Shown here piece after piece: positions 52,301-61,982 of a stretch of 64,000 nucleotides of DNA. The DNA is taken from assembly GCA_051362555.1 (NCBI GenBank), contig CM120648.1, forward strand, positions 13,016,587 through 13,080,586. Reading direction: 5' to 3'. Made by a program: the position numbers and the translations under genes. Origin of the DNA: Lingula anatina. Its lineage: Eukaryota; Animalia; Brachiopoda. Every line of letters starts with the position of its first letter. The first letter of the stretch is position 1. A model generated the notes under the pieces. That model made no database searches, was not told where the DNA came from, and saw nothing but the letters and a program-made list of their open reading frames with translations.

Positions 52301-55252
52301 TCAAAGGTCAATTTTAAGGTCACATGTAGATTGCCAGTATATGACTTCCTGTTCAAGTTCAATAGAGACTATGGACCTATCTCTGCCAGTTTTGGAGATA
52401 AAAGGGAAGCAAAATTTGCAAAGTTCAGTTCATGATGAAAAGTAGGTCAAAGGTCAATTTTAAGGTCACATATAGATTGCCAGTATATGACTTCCTATTC
52501 AAGTTCAATAGAAACTATGGACCTATCTCTGCCAGTTTTGGAGATGAAAGGGAAGCAAAATTTGCAAAGTTCAGTTCATGGTGAAAAGTAGGTCAAAGGT
52601 CAATTTTAAGGTCACATGTAGATTGCCAGTATATGACTTCCTGTTCAAGTTCAATAGAGACTATGGACCTATCTCTGCCAGTTTTGGAGATAAAAGGGAA
52701 GCAAAATTTGCAAAGTTCAGTTCATGGTGAAAAGTAGGTCAAAGGTCAATTTTAAGGTCACATGTAGATTGCCAGTATATGACTTCCTGTTCAAGTTCAA
52801 TAGAGACTATGGACCTATCTCTGCCAGTTTTGGAGATAAAAGGGAAGCAAAATTTGCAAAGTTCAGTTCATGATGAAAAGTAGGTCAAAGGTCAATTTTA
52901 AGGTCACATATAGATTGCCAGTATATGACTTCCTATTCAAGTTCAATAGAAACTATGGACCTATCTCTGCCAGTTTTGGAGATGAAAGGGAAGCAAAATT
53001 TGCAAAGTTCAGTTCATGGTGAAAAGTAGGTCAAAGGTCAATTTTAAGGTCACATGTAGATTGCCAGTATATGACTTCCTATTCAAGTTCAATAGAAACT
53101 ATGGACCTATCTCTGCCAGTTTTGGAGATAAAAGGGAAGCAAAATATGCAAAGTTCAGTTCATGGTGAAAAGTAGGTCAAAGGTCAATTTTAAGGTCACA
53201 TGTAGATTGCCAGTATATGACTTCCTATTCAACTTCAATAGTAACTATGGACCTATCTCTGCCAGTTTTGGAGATATAAGGGACTAAATGGTATAATTTT
53301 GGAGTTACCATAATGTGCCATAAATTTCCTACAGAAAAAATTAAATAAAATAAAGAAAAGGTCATTTTGGTCAAAATTCTTGAAATGGGAGGTGCTCTGA
53401 AGTTCCAGATGTTCAAATTTGATGAAATAATGTCATTTTTGACCACAAGTTGTCTGCTTTGCCAAGCCTTATGTTTTATTTTTCCGGAGTTCAAAATTTA
53501 TTATCCATTACCGTACTGCACATTTTGCTTTCACCACCAATATGTACTTTTTGATACAGCGTAACTCGAAAACCGTATGGAATACAAAAAAACGGAGACC
53601 ACCTCCAGTGTTGGGCTTTACATGCTCTACAAAATGCAAAAAAGAATGAGTGTCTAGCATTAACGGTTCCCGAATTAGAGACAGTTTTCAGTTTCGATAT
53701 CTTATGGCCGTTACTCCCGTGAAAATGCACTGATTGACCCCAAATTCACGGAGATGAAAGATGACCCGAAATGTAACACTTTCCATTAATATTGTTAGTT
53801 AAGTCTGTGTGGTGTCTGAATAAGAGCGCAAATCATTTTTTTTTCGGCAAAAATTTTGTTTTTTTGAAAATTTTGGCCTGTTTGACCTTGAAATAAAGGT
53901 CAAAGGTCAAATCCAAGGGCATATTTGAAATCTACACATATGACTTTTGGAAAGCTGTCTGTAGAATTTTTTCCCATAATTCCTTCCGTAGGGGAGATAA
54001 TTAGCATTTAATTTTGCCATTTTTGGACAAGGGTGCATTGCAATGAATGCCACACCTAGACCCCAATACCGACAAAGCCCAAATTTTACGTGGAACGAGT
54101 TGAGATTATAGGTGACCTAAATCCAAGAGATGGGTATGGGGGCCATTACCGTCTAGGAGGAGAAGCGGTAACGGTAACATGGCGGCGGAGCCGGCGGAGC
54201 CGCAGGAGCCGGCGGAACGGACCGGACGGGACTAAAACCATGTGTACCGCCAGCGCTAACGCTGGTGGTACAAATATAATGATAATATCCATATGTTTGT
54301 TTAAGTCAATATTATCCAGCTTAGATTTGATTACAACAATCAAATTTCACAAAAGGCAACTTGAAGTCAGTTCAAGATTAGTCACCTAAAAAGCTAAATC
54401 ACAAGATCATGTGGACTAACAAAGACCTTATGAGGTCACAAGATAACACCCTGTATATCAGATGCCACTAAGATCCAACTTCTCTATGCATTATCAGCAA
54501 GACTCTGCTGTGCAGTTTACGTATTCTGTGATACTCTGGGCCAGTAGGAGAAATGGACTGGAATATTTTTTAAAGATCGAATAACCTTCCCTGTGCACAA
54601 CTTTTGTCACAGACTGGAGACAACAGAACAGTCTGTGAGTTCCCAGTGACCCGTGGAAACCAGGGTACAACAAAACTGCAGTCTAACTGGTGTGTAATTT
54701 CGATCAGCAGCTATAAATAAAATCAACAGAAAACACCTGTACAGGTGGAAATATATAAGTTCACATTAGCATTGCTTTGGTTGGCATGTCATAATATATA
54801 TATCCAGGAATATATCTACATTATATATTTTATATCACACTAAAGGGAAATAAAGTGAATGTGGAATTATAGTAAATCAATTATACAATCAAAGGCAATG
54901 GGGTTTCTGGCCCTCGAGAATTTTCCTGTGTACTGTAAGTGCGTTTTACTATCCACCTTCTTGGTTTTATACATTGTATGTACGAGCAAGTCATGATGTT
55001 TCATTTGTGCTGCTATTATTGTTCCTATTATATCAAGGCTTAATCAATGCTACTTGCATTTGGCTTCGCTTTTCACTGTATGTTGAAGAAGAGGCGGCTT
55101 CGTCAATAGCAGTTAGTATAATGTTCAAATTGTGTATAGCCTCAAAATGCACTCCATTCAATAATAATAATATGATCATTAATAGAAAATTAAAATTTTA
55201 CATCGATCGAACACAACAGACTGTAACAAGCAGATACCTCCTTGCGCTCCAT
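40020..55252 (-). CDS. Upstream coding exons of a long isoform of the Mn-CDF gene (disordered N-terminal extension; full protein about 687 aa)
   Basis: Exons 55252-55238 (MERKE, phase 0), 43693-43525, 42781-42581 (or -42587) and 40604-40020 are stop-free, have GT-AG ends and compatible phases (0,1,1,1), and can splice to the phase-1 acceptor at 31396. The first exon and the linkage to the CDF core are inferred. Confidence 0.6.
40673..42146 (-). mobile_element. Non-autonomous Helentron/DINE-1-like element, about 1 satellite unit, with a second internal terminus
   Basis: Left end AACTAGAGGATCAGAGAGGCGATACCGCCTC (stem-loop) plus subTIR GTACCACCAGC. Right end has a (CGGAGCCGG)n tract and the hairpin GTACCGCCAGCG-TACA-CGCTGGTGGTAC. 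An extra terminus lies at about 41070-41135. Same family as 51051-54274. Confidence 0.8.
43828..44535. repeat. Direct duplication, two copies of about 340-370 bp
   Basis: TGAAAAATTAAATTTTCACAAAAAACTG...CCTTGAAAATGCCAA at about 43828-44160 and 44165-44533. Confidence 0.85.
44930..45646 (-). mobile_element. Second Helentron/HINE-like family with an internal 161-bp tandem array (about 4 units)
   Basis: Terminal hairpin TATGTACAGACAC-ATCT-GTGTCTGTACATA, (GACGACGGC)n tract and 161-bp period (45257 to 45418). The other end is not resolved. Confidence 0.7.
46884..47050. mobile_element. CAGGGG MITE copy
   Basis: CAGGGGCAGATTTAG...CTGGATCCGCCCCTG with AACAA on both sides. Confidence 0.85.
48686..49015. 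repeat. Tandem repeat, unit about 110 bp, 3 copies
   Basis: GTAACAGCAA..AACAGTAATTCCAA...CCACACTGGAGCAGCATCCGTCCACAG three times. Confidence 0.9.
50051..50297. mobile_element. Tourist-like MITE, diverged relative of 39274-39487
   Basis: Shares GATCGATCTAACTCCCT, GGGGAGTCT and TGGGAATGG; flanks TTA/TCA. Confidence 0.65.
51051..54274 (-). mobile_element. Helentron/DINE-1-like element with an expanded internal satellite
   Basis: Same termini as 40673-42146 (AACTAGAGGATCAG..AGGCGATACCGCCT..GTACCACCAGC; CGGAGCCGG tract; GTACCGCCAGCG-CTAA-CGCTGGTGGTAC). 53550-54274 is homologous to 41365-42146. Confidence 0.85.
51249..53280. repeat. 146-bp satellite array, about 12 units, interrupted once by a roughly 290-bp block
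   Basis: Units begin AAAGTTCAGTTCAT at 51391, 51537, 51683 and then every 146 bp from about 52128 to 53150. Block 51810-52098 is repeated at 53278-53565. Confidence 0.95.
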
Positions 55253-55638
55253 GTTGAAGTGATTGCTCTAGACTTGTTCGAGACAAAATGCCAACTGTCA
55301 GCTGCACAAATGAGGAATTCCCTCGTCCTCCATTTTGACACGATTTTCCTTTCTTCGGCGTGATTAACCTAGTTTCATAATGAGGCTATTTGTACATTTC
55401 TGTGAATAGCCTGCGCGCGACGCCTGTCAATCATTATTGAACGTGCGGGCCAGAGAGAGATCGAGAGAGAAAGAGAGAGTAAAGGGGGGGGGATGATTGA
55501 AATAAATTTAATAAGACTGAGGTTTTAAAAAAAGAGAGTCAAAATCAATCAAATAGGCGTTTAAGGCCCACTATATTTTACTGTTGAAAATACTATACTA
55601 TCCAGATACATATATCACCGTATAGATCTTTAACAATT

Positions 55639-55850
55639 AAATAAGTTATAATACTGATGCATCTATGAAGATCTGCTATAAAGATGAACACTTTAACACC
55701 ACCGACGTCACGTATCCTAGGAGTTTTTTTTTTTTTTTTTTTTTTTTTTCAAAATCCCTGAAGAAGGCCTGTAGGGTCCGAACGCTTGGATTACATATTA
55801 TACATCTTTATAGTAGATCTTCACAGATGTATCAGTATTATAACTTATTT
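55639..55850 (+). mobile_element. Penelope-like terminal-repeat relic: about 48-bp inverted arms around a degenerate hammerhead
   Basis: AATAAGTTATAATACTGAT..CTATAAAGATG (55639-55686) is inverted at 55803-55849. Between them lies AATCC-CTGAAGA-AGGCCTGTAGGGTCC-GAAC-GCTT-GGATT. Confidence 0.5.
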
Positions 55851-56512
55851 CCTATCCGGATAAAAACATAAAAAAATAATTTAGGTACTCTCAACCGGAA
55901 CTGTCCATCAAAATAAATTTTCCTCGCGGAAAAAAGCAATTTTCTCCCTCCTACAAATCATCGATCGACGCGTCCCGTTGGGTTTGAGGTTTTATTTATT
56001 AATTAATTAATTTTACAATTTATATAATTTCTAAATGACTGGCTAGACGTTTAGACCACCACTCCTTCCTTTACGTTTTAGAAGGAACTATCGATATCAG
56101 GTACTTTTATAGTTTCAAAAAATGTGTGTTAATATTTGAGAAAGATTTGGGAAAGATTTGTAATTTGAAGGATTTTTAATTGCTTAGAGTAGGCTAAAAA
56201 ATAAATAAATAAAAATTAAATAAGCCCAAACGAGCCCATGTAGGTAGATGTAGCGTGAGTGGGATAAACACGAGTTGTGTCAATTACAATCTTCTTAGTT
56301 ATGGATGCCACCTTTTTCAAATGATATTATACTTCTAAACATCCAACAGCCCAAGTTCCCTTTTCATAATTATTATTATTTTTTTTAAATTTTATTTATC
56401 TAATTTTTCTTGGTACCCTTTCGAGATTTTCCGCCTACTGTAAAATAATATTTCTGCTCACAAATCATTGCCCAATCCGTTTTTTTTTTTTTTTTTTTTT
56501 TTTTGTCATTTC

Positions 56513-56605
<93 letters not shown>

Positions 56606-57126
56606 GTTAGTTCTACATTACTGGCCTGTCACTTTTAATACCTACTGCTTCTTGTACTTTTCGCCGTGCTAACTTACATTTACAAATTAAGCCATTTCAA
56701 TGAAATGAATGAACTCTATTTTCGCATTTCGAAATTTTCTTCATTATGAGGAATGTAATGTAGACTGTTTCACATAGACTTGGCTCACTGATGATATTGA
56801 CTAAGCAGATTTTATGATAATGACCAGCAATGGGTTGTTGTCCAATTGAACACTAATTCTAAACATTGCCGTTTTTTTATGCAAAGGGTAATTTGCCCTG
56901 ACCCACGCGACTTCCCGATCCCGAGGCCAGGTCGTGGTTGTGACGGAAAGTCATGCGTTATCCGGGATTCGAGCTGGCTGACTTTTCGTCACCATGGTTG
57001 ATGATGGCTTTGAGTTTTTTGGCAGCCGCGCACTCTACCGAATCAAACACAATTTTAGAAATTATTTCTAGACAAAAACAAATACATTAAACATACTATA
57101 ATTCGTACCCGCGTACAAGTATCTAA

Positions 57127-57341
57127 GGCTGTATTCCCAGAGCTTTTAGATCGATCTATCCCCGCGGGGAGTCTCACTAGATTACTGTCAGATAATCCGG
57201 CTTAAATGTCCGTCCCGCCTACTACAAGCTGTAAGGGGGTAATTAAATTTCGTGTCCGCTCGGCTGACAGCTATTTAGCGTGAACCCCCAAGGAGTTAGG
57301 TCGATCTAAAGTAGATCGATCTAATCTCTGGAAATGGGGTC
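57127..57341. mobile_element. Tourist-like MITE, close copy of 39274-39487
   Basis: Near-identical internal sequence; TAA on both sides. Confidence 0.8.
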
Positions 57342-57928
57342 TAACTGTGTCCATGATAGCGGAGTTACCACGGAGCCGCAGAAGCTTTGTTGGAAGACTT
57401 CAGATCATATGAAAACTTTCTACCTTCTCACGGAGAGGACCAGTTTGAATGTACAGTATACTAGTATGTGTAGGCTATATCTGCAATTACAAGCGATAGC
57501 CCGGGTGCCGTACAAATGCATTTCATCCCGAGCCACGCCAGTCCCTGAGCATGCATGGTCTTATCATCAACATATCAACATTGAACCTCATGATGCACAC
57601 GAGGCCTTGTTTGAGAAGCCGACACGGAGCCTTCCTAGATGCTTTAATTTTTTTTAATGCTGAAATTTAGTTTGGCTTCCATTCAGGTAGATGGCACTAT
57701 ATAGTATTCCAAACCCCATGCCAGCGATTTTCCTTAGTAAGCTTTTACCGTTGATAAATCAAAATAATACCTTTGTTTAATGAAATTCTGTAATTAGGGG
57801 CATATAACTACATAATTAAAACATTTAAACCCAAGGGACGGCACGGGATTGTATTCCATACACTCGTGATCAACTCTGCCAATTTTCGTGATAAAATCTT
57901 GTTCACGGATGAAGTTACACCCCATACC

Positions 57929-58095
57929 CAGGGACGGATTTAAGCCGTCTTCTGGGTCTTCCGGAAGACGGTCAGATTTTCAAGTTTACATTGACGGGTA
58001 TCTAATTTTTTCTGTTGGAAGACGGTCAAAATTTGAGGATGAATCAACAAAGATATTTGGAAGACTGTCAGTAAATAGCTCTGGACCTGCCCCTG
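57929..58095. mobile_element. CAGGGG MITE copy
   Basis: CAGGGACGGATTTAAG...CTGGACCTGCCCCTG with CATACC on both sides. Confidence 0.8.
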
Positions 58096-60110
58096 CATAC
58101 CGACTGCTATCTCACCTTAAAATAGAATGGCGTTAAACTGACGATTAAAGCTTTGAGTTTCCTATACATATACTGTACATTACAACGAGAAATATAAAAG
58201 GCAATATTTTACATTTTCAATTTTTTATTGTTGTAAATCAACACAAACATACGTGTAGATGCTTTATTGAATAATTAGATGCAGGAAAAATCTCGTTTTC
58301 GGTAGCTGGATAATAATAAAGGGTTACAATATCCTTATAGTCTGGATTCAGACACTTTTTTTATATATTACATCAGTACATAGAAACTGTTAATTGATAA
58401 ATGTTGGTGTAATCCATGAATAAAAGACAGTGTTATATAGTAGTAAATGTTTGTCTTTGCTTCGTTGTTTCTCCACAGGAAGTTTGCAAATGCTCTCTCG
58501 ACAGAAGTTTAACAGACACCTGTAACGAAAGAAAATTGGACGACCCCTTTTAGTAAATAGATAGCGCCACAAATGCCGCGTTTTCATTTTGTTAAGCTCC
58601 ATGTTTTAAATCACTATATCAGTATCAACTATGGTAAAAAAACATATTTTCTAAAGAAATTGAATGGCAAACAGCGTCTGACGTCTAAACTTTTAATGGG
58701 TAAAAACTACTTCCGTATTTCAAAATACATTAAGATCGCTTCTCCCTATCCCTGTCTCTAATTCAATCTACAAGTTTGGATTGTCACCTTTCTAAATGCG
58801 CATTTACTTCCTTGTCTGCAGCACGCTGCGTTCGACAACCTTTTGGAGGGGCGTATCTTTGTAGTATGAGTTCTCGGAGCTGTAAAACCAGAAAAAACTC
58901 CAATAATACATGTAATACGTGCATAAATCCAAACTAATAAATAGTTTTATTCGATTATTCCTTTCTTAACTTAGGGCAATTACTGTTTGATGAAATAAAG
59001 ATATTGCGACAGTTTCTTTTTATGCAGAATTTTTTGGAAACATCTTACTCTGCCTAAATCAGAATGTCGACAATGTTAAGTCGATTCTGTGATATTGTTC
59101 TAAATACATTCCACAAATGATCTCCATAACGTATAATAAATGTACTTGACATACAGGTACCTGTAGCTACCAGTAATGTGACATTATTTGTCACCATGAC
59201 CACTCACAGTATATTGCTACTACAACATTCTCCATTGTTTCAGTTAAAATGGAAGACACGAAGAAAAGGTTCATTTTGATATTTTGCAAAGGGGGCACTA
59301 ACCCGCTGAAATTCGTGAAACTCTAAGCGTCTTCAAACAACATGCCATGAAATTCGCAAAAGGAACACAATAAGATACATTCTGATCGACTAAAAGTCTA
59401 AAGAATTCTGGAGACCATTTGTGAAATACAGTGTGCTCTCTGAGTACCCTCGATTATGAGCATCATGAATTTCCACGCGGTTTCCTATTTTACTAGGGTT
59501 TCTTCTCGGTTTTACGGTGTATTTCTGGTTGTTTATCGCACGTTTTATAACATTCAGGATGACATTTTCGTCATAATCACCGGCGTGTCTGAAACAGAGA
59601 AGTCAATATTTTATAATATACCCAGCAGGCATAGTCGCGTTGGATCAACGTTGAAAACAGGTTGATACGTTGAATTGCCGTTGATCTACCTAAATTCAAC
59701 GTAAAATCAACGTTGATCCAGCCACGTCGAAACACCTTCATAATGTGACGTTGACTCAGTGACACAACCTTGCAGTTATGGATTGTAATTTAAAATATTA
59801 ATTGTTGAAAACGTGATACTTTGTTTATCAATACTGTAACTAACTTTATCAAAATAAAAAAAAAATGTTTAAAGTAAAAGTGACAGTTGTTTTGTGTCTT
59901 TAGTGAACTAGTGAATTTTCTTAACTTGTTATTCAGAAATACATTCCAATTAACCATCAAATTTACAGCAAATTATTCAGCTAACACTAGGATGAATAAT
60001 TTGCTGTAAATTTGATGGAGTGAAGTGAAATAAAGTTGACAGTTCTCGGTACCCTAGATAGACAGGTTGAGGTGACTGTGACTTTGTTATATATATATAT
60101 ATATATATAT

Positions 60111-60453
60111 AATCAAGGATGTGAATAACTTAGCTTCCTCTCTTCATTTTATTTTTAAAAAAAGCCCTACGGCCGTTTCGGTAATTTACGACATTCGGTT
60201 TGAATGTTTTAACCACTTTTGATAGGGCTATTTTGCCGTTTACAATTATCAATTATTTACATTACGTTTACAAATTTCGGTAATTTGTTTTCGCCCCTGA
60301 CGAGGCCTCAGGGCCGAAACGGCCGTAGGGCTTTTTTTAAAAATAAAATGGAGAGAGGAAGCTAAGTTATTCACATCCTTGATTATACCAGCTCCCCACG
60401 GGCCGCCGCCATGGGTGGAGCACTTTTTCACGGTGAACTGACTTAATTCTTCG

Positions 60454-60457
<4 letters not shown>
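60111..60457 (+). mobile_element. Penelope-like pseudo-LTR relic with an inverted partial repeat, inserted in (TA)n
   Basis: 60111-60181 is the reverse complement of 60314-60384. It contains a hammerhead, and (TA)n tracts lie on both sides. Confidence 0.7.
60293..60331 (+). ncRNA. Minimal type I hammerhead ribozyme
   Basis: GCCC-CTGACGA-GGCC-TCAG-GGCC-GAAA-CGGCCG-TA-GGGC: stem I GCCC/GGGC, intact CUGANGA and GAAA boxes, 4-bp stem II, palindromic minimal stem III, GUA cleavage triplet. Confidence 0.85.
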
Positions 60458-60528
<71 letters not shown>

Positions 60529-61433
60529 AAAATAACTAACTATTATATATATTTATCTAAACCTTGGAAATTTTAACTTAAAGGCCATACATATATACCC
60601 TACATATATTTAGCCATCAAACATGTCCTACTGCTGAACACATCCAGGCTAAAAGGGTGTACCATGCTTAGGTGCAAAACATGCTTAGGAGCTAAATGCG
60701 TTGAAAAAATCAGACAAAGCAGGCACTTGGATGTTTTTTCAGTGTACGATATTAATTGTGTACCAAAAAAAAAACATTTCAGGTCATTTTAATGTCTTTT
60801 CATGCAAGAATGCTGTATAACAACTGGGGTTGATACAATATTGTTATCTAAGGTTGGGTCAACTTTCAAATCCAATGTTTATCTAACGTCTTATCAACGT
60901 TATGGTTCAACGTTGTTTCAACGTTAAAACAACATAATTTGCCCGCTAGGTAATGTTTGTAATGTTGGTAACAGTATAAGACAATAATTCTATTAAATCC
61001 CTTTCATTACAAACACACGACAAGAGTATGAAAGTATGAAGAATTACCTTAATCTTAAATAGAATTTCGACATGCAAAATGTGACTATGGTCTCGTGAAA
61101 GACGTTATATAGCCTGCATTTGTCATCCGTAACAGATTTGTATTGCCACCACGTTTCGAAATTTCTACCGCAGTGCTTGATAAATAACATAAAGCCCCTT
61201 TTATACTGGTCGGCATCCTCTCTGTGTCCCGTAGTACGGGTCTGTTTGAGAGTAAAAAAATAATAAAGGTGCCAACAACTGGCCGATCATTGAGCATTTA
61301 TTCTTAATCTACAACAACAGCGATGCTTGTGCCTTTTTTCTATGACCACAGCGATGCCAGTTTCATTGTGGCAAGAAGGACGCAGAAAGGACGCCGTCCA
61401 CTCTATCAGGTGCCATTTAGACAATCAGATAGT

Positions 61434-61982
61434 CAGGCCTAACCAACTACCAGACTCGGCACCTAAGGATCCTGAATTAACCGGTATATCGGACCACACT
61501 ACCCGTTTTCAAGGTGTGTGTCAGATCGCATTTCGGAGTATCAGTCAGAACACCGACAGGATGAGTCCACGCTCGGCTGTCACCTTGATTGGATAGTAAA
61601 CGATTGTCGTATTTAATCGCTTTATGATTTTAAAACCGGGTGCATAAATTTGAAAGCCACCTAGATGAACCTTAGACTGCCACATTAATATAATACAATG
61701 CAAAATAGCCCTATCAAAAGTGGTTAAAACATTCAAACCGAATGTCGTAAAGTCCCCATTTACCCCCATAGAGACAATGAAATAGAGTACTCTAAAGTAA
61801 GAGTACTGTTTCAGGTTGTTCAGTCGAGCGTGGATGAGCTCGCAGTCGTCCTACAAAATTTGTTCTGGGGTATGATACTCCGAAATACGAACTGACACAC
61901 ACCTTGAAAACGGGTAGTGTGGTCCGATATACCGGTTAATTCAGGATCCTTAGGTGCCGAGTCTGGTAGTTGGGTAGGCCTG
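61434..61982. mobile_element. MITE with about 110-bp TIRs, CAGG termini and 5-bp TSD
   Basis: CAGGCCTAACCAACTACCAGACTCGGCACC...CGGAGTATCA is inverted at 61873-61982; ATAGT lies on both sides. Confidence 0.85.

Larger units (their letters stand above)
59621..60950. mobile_element. Non-autonomous EnSpm/CMC-like element hosting nested inserts
   Basis: CCCAGCAGGCA...TGCCCGCTAGG ends with TA flanks; clusters of CAACGTTG subterminal repeats at both ends. Confidence 0.55.

Noticed and set aside
56895-57045. tRNA gene or tRNA-derived SINE on the minus strand
   Set aside because: A-box- and B-box-like words (GGTAGAGTGC, CTCGAATCCC) are present, but there is no cloverleaf and no second copy in the window; at most an old SINE head.
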